Origin: an uncultured Flavipsychrobacter sp.
Lineage (GTDB): Bacteria; Bacteroidota; Bacteroidia; Chitinophagales; Chitinophagaceae
Assembly: GCA_964396625.1 (NCBI GenBank)
Contig: CAYNGS010000001.1
Location: forward strand, 1-38,826
Length of the DNA: 38,826 bases
Reading direction: 5' to 3'
Part shown: in pieces, positions 26,292-36,342 of the stretch
Layout: every line of letters starts with the position of its first letter
How positions within the stretch are numbered: position 1 is the stretch's first letter
The notes under the pieces: generated by a model
What the model saw: only the letters and a program-made list of their open reading frames with translations
Told to the model about the DNA's origin: nothing
Databases searched by the model: none
Program-made: the position numbers and the translations under genes

Positions 26292-29200
26292 TTATTGTTC
26301 TATCACGAAGTGGATAACATTGTTCTGTGTTGCCGAGCGTACATTGAGCAGGTACATACCGTTGGCAAGTGTCCTGCTCAGTGATATCTGCTCGTCTATG
26401 CTGCCGTTCACCGTCATTACCTTGCTGCTGTATATCACCTGGCCCAGCATGTTGGTCACCTCAAGCGATATCTGCTCATCAGATGTCGTACCCACATTGC
26501 CCTTCACGCTGAACGTGCCCTTGTTCGGATTCGGTACCAGGTGCATATCACCACCAACTGCGCTCACCTGCTGAACACCCACATCATGAAGCGTCAGCCT
26601 GATCCCCTTGGTTGCCGTCAGTCCGCCGCAAGGACCGCTGCCAGTTACCATCACCACCACAGAGTCTCCGTTGAAGAACTCATGATGTGTGAACGACGCA
26701 TTCGTAGCTCCCGCTATGATGTTACCGTTGATCACCCACTGGAACGTAGGATTGCTGCCGCCATTGGTAAACACAACCATCAGTGAGTCGATATGCCATA
26801 CACCAACTCCAAGGCCAGGGTAGGCACGCACCGTGATGTTGGGTAACTGCAGTGAGTCCACAGATACTACCGCCGTACCAAACATATTGTTGGGACAGGT
26901 GGTGATCGCACTGTTGCCTATTACTTTGTAGGTGCCTGCAGGCTGTATACCGAAGTCCAGTGATACGCCCGTTCCGTACAATGGAACACCCACAGGGGTG
27001 ATCCCGTTGTAGAGCTGGTACCAGATGCCTGCCTGTGAGCCGTCAAGGCCTACATCAACGCCTGCTCCGTCGGGGCAGTAGCTGCCGCCCCCCGTTACAT
27101 TGTGCACCAGCGGTAAGGGTATAATATATATCGACGGGCTGCCTGCCATATTGTTATCACACGCTGAGCCTGAGTCATGTGCAAATACTGTGTAGCTGCC
27201 GGCGATCACCTGCATCCCGAAGTCTAACGCGCCGCCTGTGCCCGAAACAAGTCCGCCTACCGGTACCCCATCGCGGAATAACTGGTATGAAACGCCTTCT
27301 TCTGAGTTGGCCAGCCTTACATGAAGCCCCGTATCTGCGGCGCAGTAGTTGCCATAGTTATCAACAGTTACCGTATACGCTGTCGGCAATGGCAATACTG
27401 TTATCGTTGCACTTGCAGCCATCGTATCAAAGCAGCCTGTGCCCGGATTTGTTGCGATCACCGTATAGATACCTGCTGCTGTATGTAATCCAAAATCAAG
27501 GCTGCCGCCAGACCCTGTCAGTGCCACGCCCACTGCGGTAGCACCATTGTACAGCTGGTAGCTGATCGATTCGTCCGTACCCGTCAATCCTACATGTTCT
27601 CCGGTTCCCCCGGCACAATAGCGACCGCCGCCGCTCACTATATGAACATTGGGTAAGGAGTTCACCGTTACCGTTGCCGACCCTGCCATATCTGCCGGGC
27701 ACAGGTAAGTGGCGTCTGTAGCCACTACCGTATATATACCGCCTGTTGTTTCAAGACCAAAGTCCAGCAGTGAGCCGGTGCCCGCAACCGGGTCGCCTAT
27801 GGGGCCTCCGTTGAACAGCTGGTAGTTCACGCCTGTCCCTGATCCGCTTAATCCAACGTGAACGCCTGTGCCGCCGTTACAATAAGAACCGCCGCCCATA
27901 ACACTGTATACTGTCGGCGATACGATCGTGATCGTATCCCTGCCCGCCATATTGTTCCTGCAGCCGTTGGCCGGGTTTGTTGCTGTGGCCGTGTATACGC
28001 CCGCTGCCGTATGCATACCGAAGTCCGGCGCCACGCCGCCTATTATTGAATCCACAACTGCTCCGCCCAGGTATAAATAGTAGTTTATTCCTTCATCGTA
28101 GTACGTCAATGCTATTGTCTCCCCGCTGCCACCGGCGCAGTAATGGCCCCCGCCTATCAGCGTGTACACATGGGGCAGCGAATCGATATTTACTGCCGCC
28201 GATGATGACATCGTGTCCTTACACCCTGTGGCAGGGTTCGTAGCTACTACTATATAATTGCCTGCTGTTGTCTTTAGTCCGAAATTAAGACCGATGCCTG
28301 TACCTGATAAATACGGGCCTGATGCTCCTGCGTCATTGTACAGCTGGTAATGTATGCCCGGGTCAGAACCATCGAGGCTTACCGCCTTGCCTGTGCCGCC
28401 CATACAATAGTCGCCACCGCCCGTTACACTGTGTATGCCCGGAAGCGGAAGGATCGTAATTACCGGCGCGCCTGCCATGTTCACAGAGCACTGGGTCGTC
28501 GCATCGGTTGCTGTTGCTGTATACATCCCGGCTCCCGGGTTTACACCAAAGTCCAATGCAGATCCTGTCGTTCCTCCCACAGGGTCGCCCAGGGAACTGC
28601 CTGATAGATAAAGCTGGTAGTTAACACCCGTCGTCGATCCGCTCAGAATGACATCTTCGCCGCTGCCGCCCGTGCAATAGTTGCCGCCGCCGCCCAGTGT
28701 GAATACCGTTGGCAACGGATTGATCACTACGGTCACGCTGCCTGATAAGGTGGCGCTGCAGCCTGTTGTCGTATCCATTGCGATCACCGTGTACACCCCT
28801 GCAGGGATCTGCAGTCCGAAATCAAGGCCACTGCTGCCTTCGCCGCCGGTGCCGGGCAATGAACCCATACCTGTCGAGCCCCTGTATAGCTGGTAGCTGA
28901 TACCTGCGTCCGATGCGCTCGTCATTATGTCTACGCCTGTGCCGCCTGCGCAATAGCTGTTAGAGCCGGGCGTAGAAACTGTATAACTATTATTGGGTAA
29001 CGGGTTGATAGCTATCACTACTCCTCCCGTCATGTTATTGCTGCAGTTCGATAGTGAGTTCGTTCCGCTGACTGTATATATCCCTGCCCCGGTTTGTATC
29101 CCGAAGTCCAGACCTGATCCTGTACCTGCAACCTGCGTTCCTATCGGGTCCGAATTATAATATAGCTGGTAGTTCACTCCTACCTGTGAAAAGCTGAGGC

Positions 29201-31910
29201 CCACATGCTTGCCTGTACCGTCAATACAATATCCGCCGCCGCCCGTCACTGTATATGCTGTCGGTAACGGATCGATCGTAATGGTCGGGCTGCCCGTCAT
29301 TGTCACAGGACAACCAAGCCCGTCTATCGTGGCAACTACTGTATATACCCCGGCTGTTGTCTGCAATCCGTATTCTATAGGAAAACTGTTACCCGGTACT
29401 GATGTCAGCGGGGTTGATCCGTCGTACAGCTGGTAATGAACTCCGAAATCTGATCCGCTCAGTATTATATCCACACCTGAGCCGTTTGCACAGAAGTGTC
29501 CGCTGCCTACTGTTGACAACACATACGCTGTAGGCGGAGCAACTGCTGTCACTTCTGCATCACCCGTCATCGCGGCAGCGCATCCTGTCGTCATATTTGT
29601 GCCAACTACTGTGTATATACCTGCTGCGTGAACGCCAAAATCAATTGCTCCGCCGCCGGCTGTGCCTGTTATCGGCGCTCCTACAGGGGTGATACCATTA
29701 TATAACTGGTAGCTGATACCTGCATTGGAACCGTCAAGGCCCACATGTACCCCTGCGCCACCTGCACAGTAACTGTTCGTACCGGTTACATTATGTGGCG
29801 CCGGAAGCGCGTTTACTGTTATTGTTGCATTACCCGACATGCCTGCACTGCAGCCCGATATAGCATTGGTAGCGTTTACCGTATATGTGCCGGTTGCTGT
29901 GAACGTACCGAAATCAAGACCTGAGTTAGAACCGGGTGATGTGATCACCGCTGTTGTACCATTATAAAGGGTGTAATTTATACCTGATCCTGAAAACGCC
30001 ATCCCTATGTGTTTGCCTGACGGGTCTCCGAAGCAATAGCTGCCGCCACCGGTAACTGCATATACTGTCGGTAACGGGTTGATCGCTATCGTCGTGCTGC
30101 CCGTCATATTGCTGCTGCATGTCGTGAACGGATTTGTTGCTACCACTGTATAGGTACCTGCTGCTGTCTTCGGACCGAAGCTCAGCACTCCGCCGCCGCT
30201 TGTTATTGCAGGGGGAACAGGGGTAATGCCGTTATACAACTGGTAACTGATACCATTATCTGAATTGAATAGTATCACCGGAACGCCTGTGCCGCCTGCG
30301 CAATAACTCGCATTAAGCGCTGATGATATCGGGTATACATTAGGCAGCGGGTTTACTGTAATAACAGCGCTGCCTGTCATTGTAGCAGAACAGCCCGAAG
30401 ACACGCTCGTAGCCTGAACCGTGTACGTGCCGCCGGCCGGCTGTGGCCCGAAGTTGAGCGCAACGCCGGTACCTGCCATCGTCGTTACACCGGAACCTCC
30501 GTTCAGCAGCTGGTAGTTCACTCCAACAGTAGAACCATTGAGTCCTATCGGGGGTATGCTCACAGAACCTGCGCAATAGGACCCTCCGCCTGTAACTGAA
30601 AACTGTGCCAGGTTATTTACTGTAACTGTGGTCGTAGCAAGGCAGCCCGTTGGCATCGTATATCCGATCGTCGCATTGCCTGTAGAGCCCCCCATGATCG
30701 TCGCATTGCTGCCAACCGTGCCGGAAATACTTGCAACAGGTGTGAAACTGCTGCTCCAGCTGCCACCAGGGGTTACTTCCGTCAACGTCGTCGTCTGACC
30801 AGCTCCGCAGATCAATGTAGTTCCCGTTATAGGTGCCGGATTTAGATTAACCGTAAAAGATGACGTAGTATTACATCCCGCAGGCAATGTATATGTGATC
30901 GTAGGAGTGCTGGCAGACACACCGGTAACAACCCCGGTCGAACCGACGGTTGCCTGTGCATTACTGCTGCTGGTCCATACGCCACCTGATGGAGAAGAGC
31001 TTAAACTTGTTGTGAAGCCTGCGCATACACTTGCAGTTCCGGAGATCGCAGCAGGAACAACGCCGACCGTCATGTTAACTGAGGGGGTTATTGTTCCGCA
31101 GGTTCTCGACAGTGTATAGGTAATGGTTGACGTTCCCGGAGACACTGATCGCACTACGCCCGAAACAGAATCAACGGTTGCCACTCCTGTATTGCTGCTG
31201 CTCCACGTTCCGCCGGCTGTAGATGTAGTAGTAAGGGCTGATGTAAGACCCGTCCCGCACAGCAGTGTGTTTCCGGAAATAGGTCCCGCAACCGGGGTAA
31301 CACAAAGTGCGATGATAGTACACTTATAATCAGTGACTGTACCACTCCAATAATGTGGATTGGTGCCGAGGTAGCTGTTCAGACACGGGTCGCAGTGTGC
31401 GGGCACACTACCGGTTGACGTTGAATTTTGCTGCCAGATGGCACGCAAACGCAAACGATGGACGCCCGGGTTTGCAGCCAGAGGTATAGTGATGTTAAAA
31501 TTCGTCGGATTGGTCGTGCTCAAAGTACCCGGTGCAACCGGCGACACCTCCTCGCTTACCGCGAAATTACCATCATCGTTAAAATCGATCCACACCTGCA
31601 AAAATTGATTGCCCGCGAGCGGATTCCAGTTGACAGACGAAGAATAAACATCACCCTGCCTGAGGTTAATATTTGGTATTGCCGTTGTCCTGTCTGCGTA
31701 ACCGGTAATGGCGGTCGACGCAGCCGCAATACCAGCATCCGACAAGTTAGAGCCGGAGTAACCTGTGATACTGAAAGAACCGGCGCCATCGGAAGGGCTA
31801 CTGCCAAGAACGTACCATGTCGGTGTTGTACATGCTGCTGCAACCTGCGAATATCCAGCATAATAGGAACAGCAGAGGATAAGTAATAAGTAGATTTTTT
31901 TCATGCCCAA
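26292..31910 (-). CDS. Large T9SS (type A CTD) surface protein: GEVED-domain head plus the same stalk and CTD as 20000-25948 (likely start ATG 31904)
   Basis: Signal peptide ...GYS|Q; GEVED-like VWIDFNDDGNF..SEEV...FNITIP....PGVHRLRLR...GTVTDY; Big_2-like domains; C-terminal ~1510 aa shared with the neighbouring gene. Confidence 0.9.
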   Translation of the reverse strand: MGMKKIYLLLILCCSYYAGYSQVAAACTTPTWYVLGSSPSDGAGSFSITGYSGSNLSDAGIAAASTAITGYADRTTAIPNINLRQGDVYSSSVNWNPLAGNQFLQVWIDFNDDGNFAVSEEVSPVAPGTLSTTNPTNFNITIPLAANPGVHRLRLRAIWQQNSTSTGSVPAHCDPCLNSYLGTNPHYWSGTVTDYKCTIIALCVTPVAGPISGNTLLCGTGLTSALTTTSTAGGTWSSSNTGVATVDSVSGVVRSVSPGTSTITYTLSRTCGTITPSVNMTVGVVPAAISGTASVCAGFTTSLSSSPSGGVWTSSSNAQATVGSTGVVTGVSASTPTITYTLPAGCNTTSSFTVNLNPAPITGTTLICGAGQTTTLTEVTPGGSWSSSFTPVASISGTVGSNATIMGGSTGNATIGYTMPTGCLATTTVTVNNLAQFSVTGGGSYCAGSVSIPPIGLNGSTVGVNYQLLNGGSGVTTMAGTGVALNFGPQPAGGTYTVQATSVSSGCSATMTGSAVITVNPLPNVYPISSALNASYCAGGTGVPVILFNSDNGISYQLYNGITPVPPAITSGGGVLSFGPKTAAGTYTVVATNPFTTCSSNMTGSTTIAINPLPTVYAVTGGGSYCFGDPSGKHIGMAFSGSGINYTLYNGTTAVITSPGSNSGLDFGTFTATGTYTVNATNAISGCSAGMSGNATITVNALPAPHNVTGTNSYCAGGAGVHVGLDGSNAGISYQLYNGITPVGAPITGTAGGGAIDFGVHAAGIYTVVGTNMTTGCAAAMTGDAEVTAVAPPTAYVLSTVGSGHFCANGSGVDIILSGSDFGVHYQLYDGSTPLTSVPGNSFPIEYGLQTTAGVYTVVATIDGLGCPVTMTGSPTITIDPLPTAYTVTGGGGYCIDGTGKHVGLSFSQVGVNYQLYYNSDPIGTQVAGTGSGLDFGIQTGAGIYTVSGTNSLSNCSNNMTGGVVIAINPLPNNSYTVSTPGSNSYCAGGTGVDIMTSASDAGISYQLYRGSTGMGSLPGTGGEGSSGLDFGLQIPAGVYTVIAMDTTTGCSATLSGSVTVVINPLPTVFTLGGGGNYCTGGSGEDVILSGSTTGVNYQLYLSGSSLGDPVGGTTGSALDFGVNPGAGMYTATATDATTQCSVNMAGAPVITILPLPGIHSVTGGGDYCMGGTGKAVSLDGSDPGIHYQLYNDAGASGPYLSGTGIGLNFGLKTTAGNYIVVATNPATGCKDTMSSSAAVNIDSLPHVYTLIGGGHYCAGGSGETIALTYYDEGINYYLYLGGAVVDSIIGGVAPDFGMHTAAGVYTATATNPANGCRNNMAGRDTITIVSPTVYSVMGGGSYCNGGTGVHVGLSGSGTGVNYQLFNGGPIGDPVAGTGSLLDFGLETTGGIYTVVATDATYLCPADMAGSATVTVNSLPNVHIVSGGGRYCAGGTGEHVGLTGTDESISYQLYNGATAVGVALTGSGGSLDFGLHTAAGIYTVIATNPGTGCFDTMAASATITVLPLPTAYTVTVDNYGNYCAADTGLHVRLANSEEGVSYQLFRDGVPVGGLVSGTGGALDFGMQVIAGSYTVFAHDSGSACDNNMAGSPSIYIIPLPLVHNVTGGGSYCPDGAGVDVGLDGSQAGIWYQLYNGITPVGVPLYGTGVSLDFGIQPAGTYKVIGNSAITTCPNNMFGTAVVSVDSLQLPNITVRAYPGLGVGVWHIDSLMVVFTNGGSNPTFQWVINGNIIAGATNASFTHHEFFNGDSVVVMVTGSGPCGGLTATKGIRLTLHDVGVQQVSAVGGDMHLVPNPNKGTFSVKGNVGTTSDEQISLEVTNMLGQVIYSSKVMTVNGSIDEQISLSRTLANGMYLLNVRSATQNNVIHFVIEQ
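26293..30824. repeat. Copy 2 of the ~4532-bp direct repeat
   Basis: See copy 1. The first mismatches are at the last base of the stop codon (20000 C versus 26292 T) and at 24533 T versus 30825 C. Confidence 0.95.
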
Positions 31911-32136
31911 AATTGTTTAAAAACTGAAAAGTTAACCCAATAACAATTAACAGAAACGTAACGTTTACTAAATGCTTAATGAAAAATACACCCTTTTTAA
32001 CCAAAAAACAAATTTTCAACACATCAAATAATCGTAAAAATAATTTATTTATGTGTTTTTAACTGTTATCTATAGTCATATTCAAGCTACAGCCGTCTTT
32101 GTTTTACACTATTTTTACCATAATAAACGTCAATTC

Positions 32137-33669
32137 ATGAGTAAACATTTCTTGCTGTTTTTGTTGTCGGTTTTTGTTTCCGTTCAACTTAAATCTCAGA
32201 CAATACTGCCTAAAGAAGGCAGTGTTCTGAACTATCGGCTGATCGGTTTCACCATTTCTCCGGTTTTACAGACCGATGTCTATGAGATCGAAATTGCTGC
32301 ATGCAATTATGCCTCAGAAAGCTCTTTTAAAAAACATGTAGTGATCACTGAAAAAGGCAAAACCAACAGGATACTTGTCAGAGTTCCTGCTTTCGGGGCC
32401 GAGTATACTTGGCGCGTCATTTACAAAGGCGCTGACGCAAAAACCATGCAGCTACACCATTTCAGCACAGCAACCGTACCATATGTGGACACAGCGAACA
32501 CAAGGTTGAGGGTAGTAAAGAATGCTGAAAAATACAAAGACGCCTATGTTTTTCTCGATGGCAATAAAGCACTGTATGACATGGACGGATCGGCGGTATG
32601 GTTCCTTCCGCAAATTCCCGGCGTGGTGGAAGCCGGCTCGGTAGTACGCGATCTGAAGCATACGCCACAGGGTACAATAACTTTTATGACTGGCAGCCAG
32701 GGCGATTTTATGGCGTGCGAAATAAATTATAACGGAGAAGTGCTCTGGAAATGTCCCAACAATGGCAAGGTGAGCGGAAATGGCGTTGAAGACTACCATC
32801 ATCAATTTACAAGGCTTCTCAGCGGCCACTATATGGTTTTAGGCAATGAATGGACCGACGTATTTTTGAAGGTAAGCCGCAAAAAAGACAGCAGTCTTCT
32901 TATTGGCGCGGTCGTTGATAAGCCCTCAGACAGCGTTGTCAAAATCGATAAGAAACCTTTCGGAACACTTATTGAATATGATGAGAGCGGGGCAGTAGCA
33001 TGGTCATACAAATCATCGGGCTACTTCAATGGGTCTGATCTTATTAATCACCGCGATGCGAATGGCAAGATCGACGTGAATGTTCACGACAATGCATTTT
33101 TTTTTGACGACAAAACACAGACGGCCTACATCAGCTTTAAAGATATAAGCCGGGTAATTAAACTGAAATATCCGGAGGGAAAGGTGATGAATACTTATGG
33201 CAAAATTTATAAAAAGGGATCACCGGACAACGGAAATAAATTGTTTTGCGACCAACACTGCTGCCGCATTTCGGAGAAAGGCTATTTATATCTTTTCAAC
33301 AATAACTCTTGCAACGCGGGTTCGATGCCGAAGATCACGATGATGCAGGAACCCGCTACGGCAGGCGACACCTTAAAAAAAATCTGGGAATACGAATGTA
33401 ATTATGATGGCCTTACCGAAAAGGAGAAGCAAAACAAGGCTCAGCCTTTAGGAGGAAGTGTGTTAGAGCTTGGCGACCTGTCTATGCTTGCATGCATGGG
33501 TAGCGTTCACAGCAAAGTATTTATAGTGAACCAGGACAAAAAAGTGTTGTGGAGCGCCGTTCCTGAAATGTGGGATAAGAATACACATGAGTGGATAGTG
33601 CTTCCGCAGTATAGGGCAGATATTATTACGGACCGGCAAGACATTGACCGGTTGATATGGGGCAATTAA
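32137..33669 (+). CDS. Aryl-sulfate sulfotransferase (ASST)-like secreted beta-propeller protein
   Basis: The ORF track starts at 32053, but ATG 32137 gives a signal peptide MSKHFLLFLLSVFVSVQLKS|Q. ASST-like motifs: YHHQF, L.EYD..G...W, HDNA, YISFK.I..V.K, DQH, LFNN, IWEY, GSV..L, YRA. Confidence 0.7.
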   Translation: MSKHFLLFLLSVFVSVQLKSQTILPKEGSVLNYRLIGFTISPVLQTDVYEIEIAACNYASESSFKKHVVITEKGKTNRILVRVPAFGAEYTWRVIYKGADAKTMQLHHFSTATVPYVDTANTRLRVVKNAEKYKDAYVFLDGNKALYDMDGSAVWFLPQIPGVVEAGSVVRDLKHTPQGTITFMTGSQGDFMACEINYNGEVLWKCPNNGKVSGNGVEDYHHQFTRLLSGHYMVLGNEWTDVFLKVSRKKDSSLLIGAVVDKPSDSVVKIDKKPFGTLIEYDESGAVAWSYKSSGYFNGSDLINHRDANGKIDVNVHDNAFFFDDKTQTAYISFKDISRVIKLKYPEGKVMNTYGKIYKKGSPDNGNKLFCDQHCCRISEKGYLYLFNNNSCNAGSMPKITMMQEPATAGDTLKKIWEYECNYDGLTEKEKQNKAQPLGGSVLELGDLSMLACMGSVHSKVFIVNQDKKVLWSAVPEMWDKNTHEWIVLPQYRADIITDRQDIDRLIWGN

Positions 33670-34124
33670 TGGCCGGGGCGATCGGATTTTAATGTCTTTT
33701 CCATCATTAAGTGAGGGATCCCGACCTCAGTGAATTCGTCACCATAAGCAGTATACCCCAGGCTGCGGTAAAATCCAAGCGCTACCTTTCGCGCATGCAG
33801 TATCATTTTCGGGTATCCTTTTTGTATTGCAAATGCTTCGGCTGCTGTCACTAATTTCCTGCCAATACCCTTGCCCTGCCATTCGTTGTACACTGCCATG
33901 GCCCGAAGCTGCACCTGGCCGTCGTCAATGTGATGAAGCTTCAGACAGCCGATCACTTTGTTATTGTGCTCTGCAATAAAAATTGTGTCTGAATGATCGC
34001 GACTCAGGTCCTCGTTTTTTAAGGAAAGTCCAAGCGGTTTCCGCAGTATTTCTTCCCGCAGGTCCCATACCTGCTGGTATTTGGGAGAGGTCGAGGTAAT
34101 ATGTGAAACAACGATTTCGTGCAC
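33666..34124 (-). CDS. GNAT family N-acetyltransferase (YjcF/ElaA-like)
   Basis: Motifs LREEILRKPLG, QLRAMAV...WQGKGIGRKL, LHAR..A.GFY..LGY, F.EVGIPH..M.K. Its stop overlaps the convergent ASST stop (TTAA). Confidence 0.93.
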   Translation of the reverse strand: MHEIVVSHITSTSPKYQQVWDLREEILRKPLGLSLKNEDLSRDHSDTIFIAEHNNKVIGCLKLHHIDDGQVQLRAMAVYNEWQGKGIGRKLVTAAEAFAIQKGYPKMILHARKVALGFYRSLGYTAYGDEFTEVGIPHLMMEKTLKSDRPGH

Positions 34125-34128
34125 GGCA

Positions 34129-36132
34129 TTATTTGAGTGTTACTTCCGTTTCCTGCGTGGCTTTTATCAAAAACAATTGTACCTGCTCCGCCCCGTATGA
34201 CTGGCCTGGGCCTTTTTGATAGTGCGCCTGGTATTCGCCGGGTTGCATTTTCAGATGCTTGCTGCGCGGATCTCCCAGGTTCAATGTGTAGAACGCAATA
34301 AATTTGTCGCCCAATCTCTGGTAAAGTACAACGCTGCCTGCCTTTACTTCGTCATTGAACTTCGCGAATCCAGGCTGAGCAATTTTGATCACTGACTCAT
34401 CGTCGAAATCAAGATCAACGTTCCTTACGTCCGTCGGAAAAGTGTTTATCTCGATGTGGTAATTGCCGGGCTCATATTCCAGTGCATCAGTACATTTCTG
34501 GTCCTGAACTCGGCCATGAGCTTTGTTGCGTTCGGTGACAACGGCATGAAACTCCGAAACCGGCCTGTCGGATAGTTTCTCCGGGTTTGCTGCATCGGCA
34601 TAAGCAAAGCTGAGACTTGTATTGTTTACCGTAACTATTATTTTGTTCTTCTTATTCCTTAAAATATTTGCATTGTGAATGACCAGGTTTCTCTTGGCTA
34701 CAAAACCTATGTTGTATGTGCCAATTGGCATATTTGTCTGAGGATCCGGATTCCCGTCGGCATCAACTGTTCTGTAAAATTTTCTAAGCACTTTGTTGGT
34801 CGAAGGTTCCAGGATCAGCACCTGAGGCATTGTGGTGTAGAATTTGCCTTTACCATTTGTGAAGTAAACTTCAACTGTAGTCTCTTTATTGTCCTCGGTT
34901 TCCAGTCTGTATTGCAGTTCCTTCTCATTTGGCAGCACCGGCGTTGATACCTTGGGTGAGGGTGGGGCAACTACTGCATCAAACTTCAAAGGCGGAAACG
35001 GAGGAATACTTCTCAATGCGAAAGTGTGATCCTCGATCACAAATATCACGTTAAATTGCCGCTGGCCCTGGAGTCTCAATCTTGTTACCTTGTCAGCACT
35101 CCGCTCCACAGGTACGTCTATCACAAACGATGGCAGCGGAACGGCTGGCGCGGTATAGGTTGCTTTCGCCGGCTTGGGCGCAGGCAATTTCGCCGCAACG
35201 AGACCGGCCGGCGCCGCAGAGCCGATCTTAACCACAGGCAGTGGTGCAGGTATATCGATCACCATTTTCGGAAGTGAGACGACCTGCACAGTCGTCGTTA
35301 TTTTTTTAGGTTGGGGGATGCTGACGTTCGCTGTTTTGAGACTTGCCGGCTCAAGTTCGGCAACGCTCTCCGGCGGCGGAATATTCACCTTCAGTACGCT
35401 CGGCACATGTGCCACCGTATTTTGAATTTCTTTGTAATCGGCCGTTTTCATTTTTAACGCCGGCCTGAAGGCCGTAACGATCGTTCCTACCGCGGGCGAT
35501 ATGTCGCTTTCCTTGATCACCTGCAGATAATCTCCCATACACGAGTAAGTAGTTTTTAACGTGGGATCGTTCTCAAGACTGATGATATATGGCTTGAAGT
35601 AGACCTTATTCTTTATCAGCATTTTCATCACCTCACAAATGTCGCCGCCGCAACTCTCACCTCCGTCCGTGATCAGGATAATACTATAGGCATTCAGAGC
35701 AACATTGACAAGATCGTATTCAGCCGCCTGCCTCAATGCGTAGGCGATCGGCGTTACCCCGAGTGGCCGTATATCAGCGAGCCGCAGAGACATTTGAATT
35801 TTGTTGTCTTTGGCAAAAGGGACCTCGTTCTTGGTATCGTAGCAATTATTTTCCTGAACCGTGGATTGATGGCCAAAGACGCGCAAGGAAAACTCGACAT
35901 CGCGGTTCACCTCATACACACTGTCCATAAGCCGCATGATCAGTTCGTTTGCAGCCTTGTATTTCTCTTTACCACCAGACCAGGATTGGATCATGCTCGA
36001 CGATTCATCGAGCAGTATCAGAATGCGCGACTGGATCAGTTCGCCTCCCTGTAGTTGGGCCGATGAACTAAATGCACAAAAAACACCTGAAATTACTAAT
36101 ATTATTCGCTTTAAAAACATGTAACGCGCCAA
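34129..36132 (-). CDS. VWA domain-containing secreted protein with Pro-rich linker (likely start ATG 36120)
   Basis: Signal peptide ...SSA|Q; MIDAS motif LLDESSSM, GVTPIA, ILITDGGESCGGD; Pro/Ala/Lys-rich middle; beta-rich C-terminal domains. Confidence 0.85.
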   Translation of the reverse strand: MARYMFLKRIILVISGVFCAFSSSAQLQGGELIQSRILILLDESSSMIQSWSGGKEKYKAANELIMRLMDSVYEVNRDVEFSLRVFGHQSTVQENNCYDTKNEVPFAKDNKIQMSLRLADIRPLGVTPIAYALRQAAEYDLVNVALNAYSIILITDGGESCGGDICEVMKMLIKNKVYFKPYIISLENDPTLKTTYSCMGDYLQVIKESDISPAVGTIVTAFRPALKMKTADYKEIQNTVAHVPSVLKVNIPPPESVAELEPASLKTANVSIPQPKKITTTVQVVSLPKMVIDIPAPLPVVKIGSAAPAGLVAAKLPAPKPAKATYTAPAVPLPSFVIDVPVERSADKVTRLRLQGQRQFNVIFVIEDHTFALRSIPPFPPLKFDAVVAPPSPKVSTPVLPNEKELQYRLETEDNKETTVEVYFTNGKGKFYTTMPQVLILEPSTNKVLRKFYRTVDADGNPDPQTNMPIGTYNIGFVAKRNLVIHNANILRNKKNKIIVTVNNTSLSFAYADAANPEKLSDRPVSEFHAVVTERNKAHGRVQDQKCTDALEYEPGNYHIEINTFPTDVRNVDLDFDDESVIKIAQPGFAKFNDEVKAGSVVLYQRLGDKFIAFYTLNLGDPRSKHLKMQPGEYQAHYQKGPGQSYGAEQVQLFLIKATQETEVTLK

Positions 36133-36342
36133 GATAGCAAACCTACACTAAATGAGTGAAATCAAAATTTAAAAGTTAAAAATAATCATAAATATCCACA
36201 TGAATTATGGCTTCCTTATTTAGCAGCAACGCACCAAATTACTTGTTGCGTTCTGGTCACCAAAAATACTATTAAAAACGAATAAGAAATTTATTGCGTC
36301 TAAATTATCCTGCGATAACTTTCATAAATTACCGTTCGTTTT

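Noticed and set aside
20249-30576. Short ORFs recurring in pairs (e.g. 20249/26541, 20887/27179, 21204/27496)
   Set aside because: These are shadow frames of the duplicated genes; they are useful only as evidence of nucleotide identity.
20001-30824. Diversity-generating retroelement (TR/VR pair) or shufflon as the explanation for the repeat
   Set aside because: The repeat is kilobases long with no adenine-specific mismatches seen, the copies are direct rather than inverted, and no reverse transcriptase or recombinase is in the window.
20001-30824. Insertion sequence or composite transposon
   Set aside because: The repeated segment is entirely in-frame adhesin coding sequence, with no transposase, terminal inverted repeats or target-site duplication.
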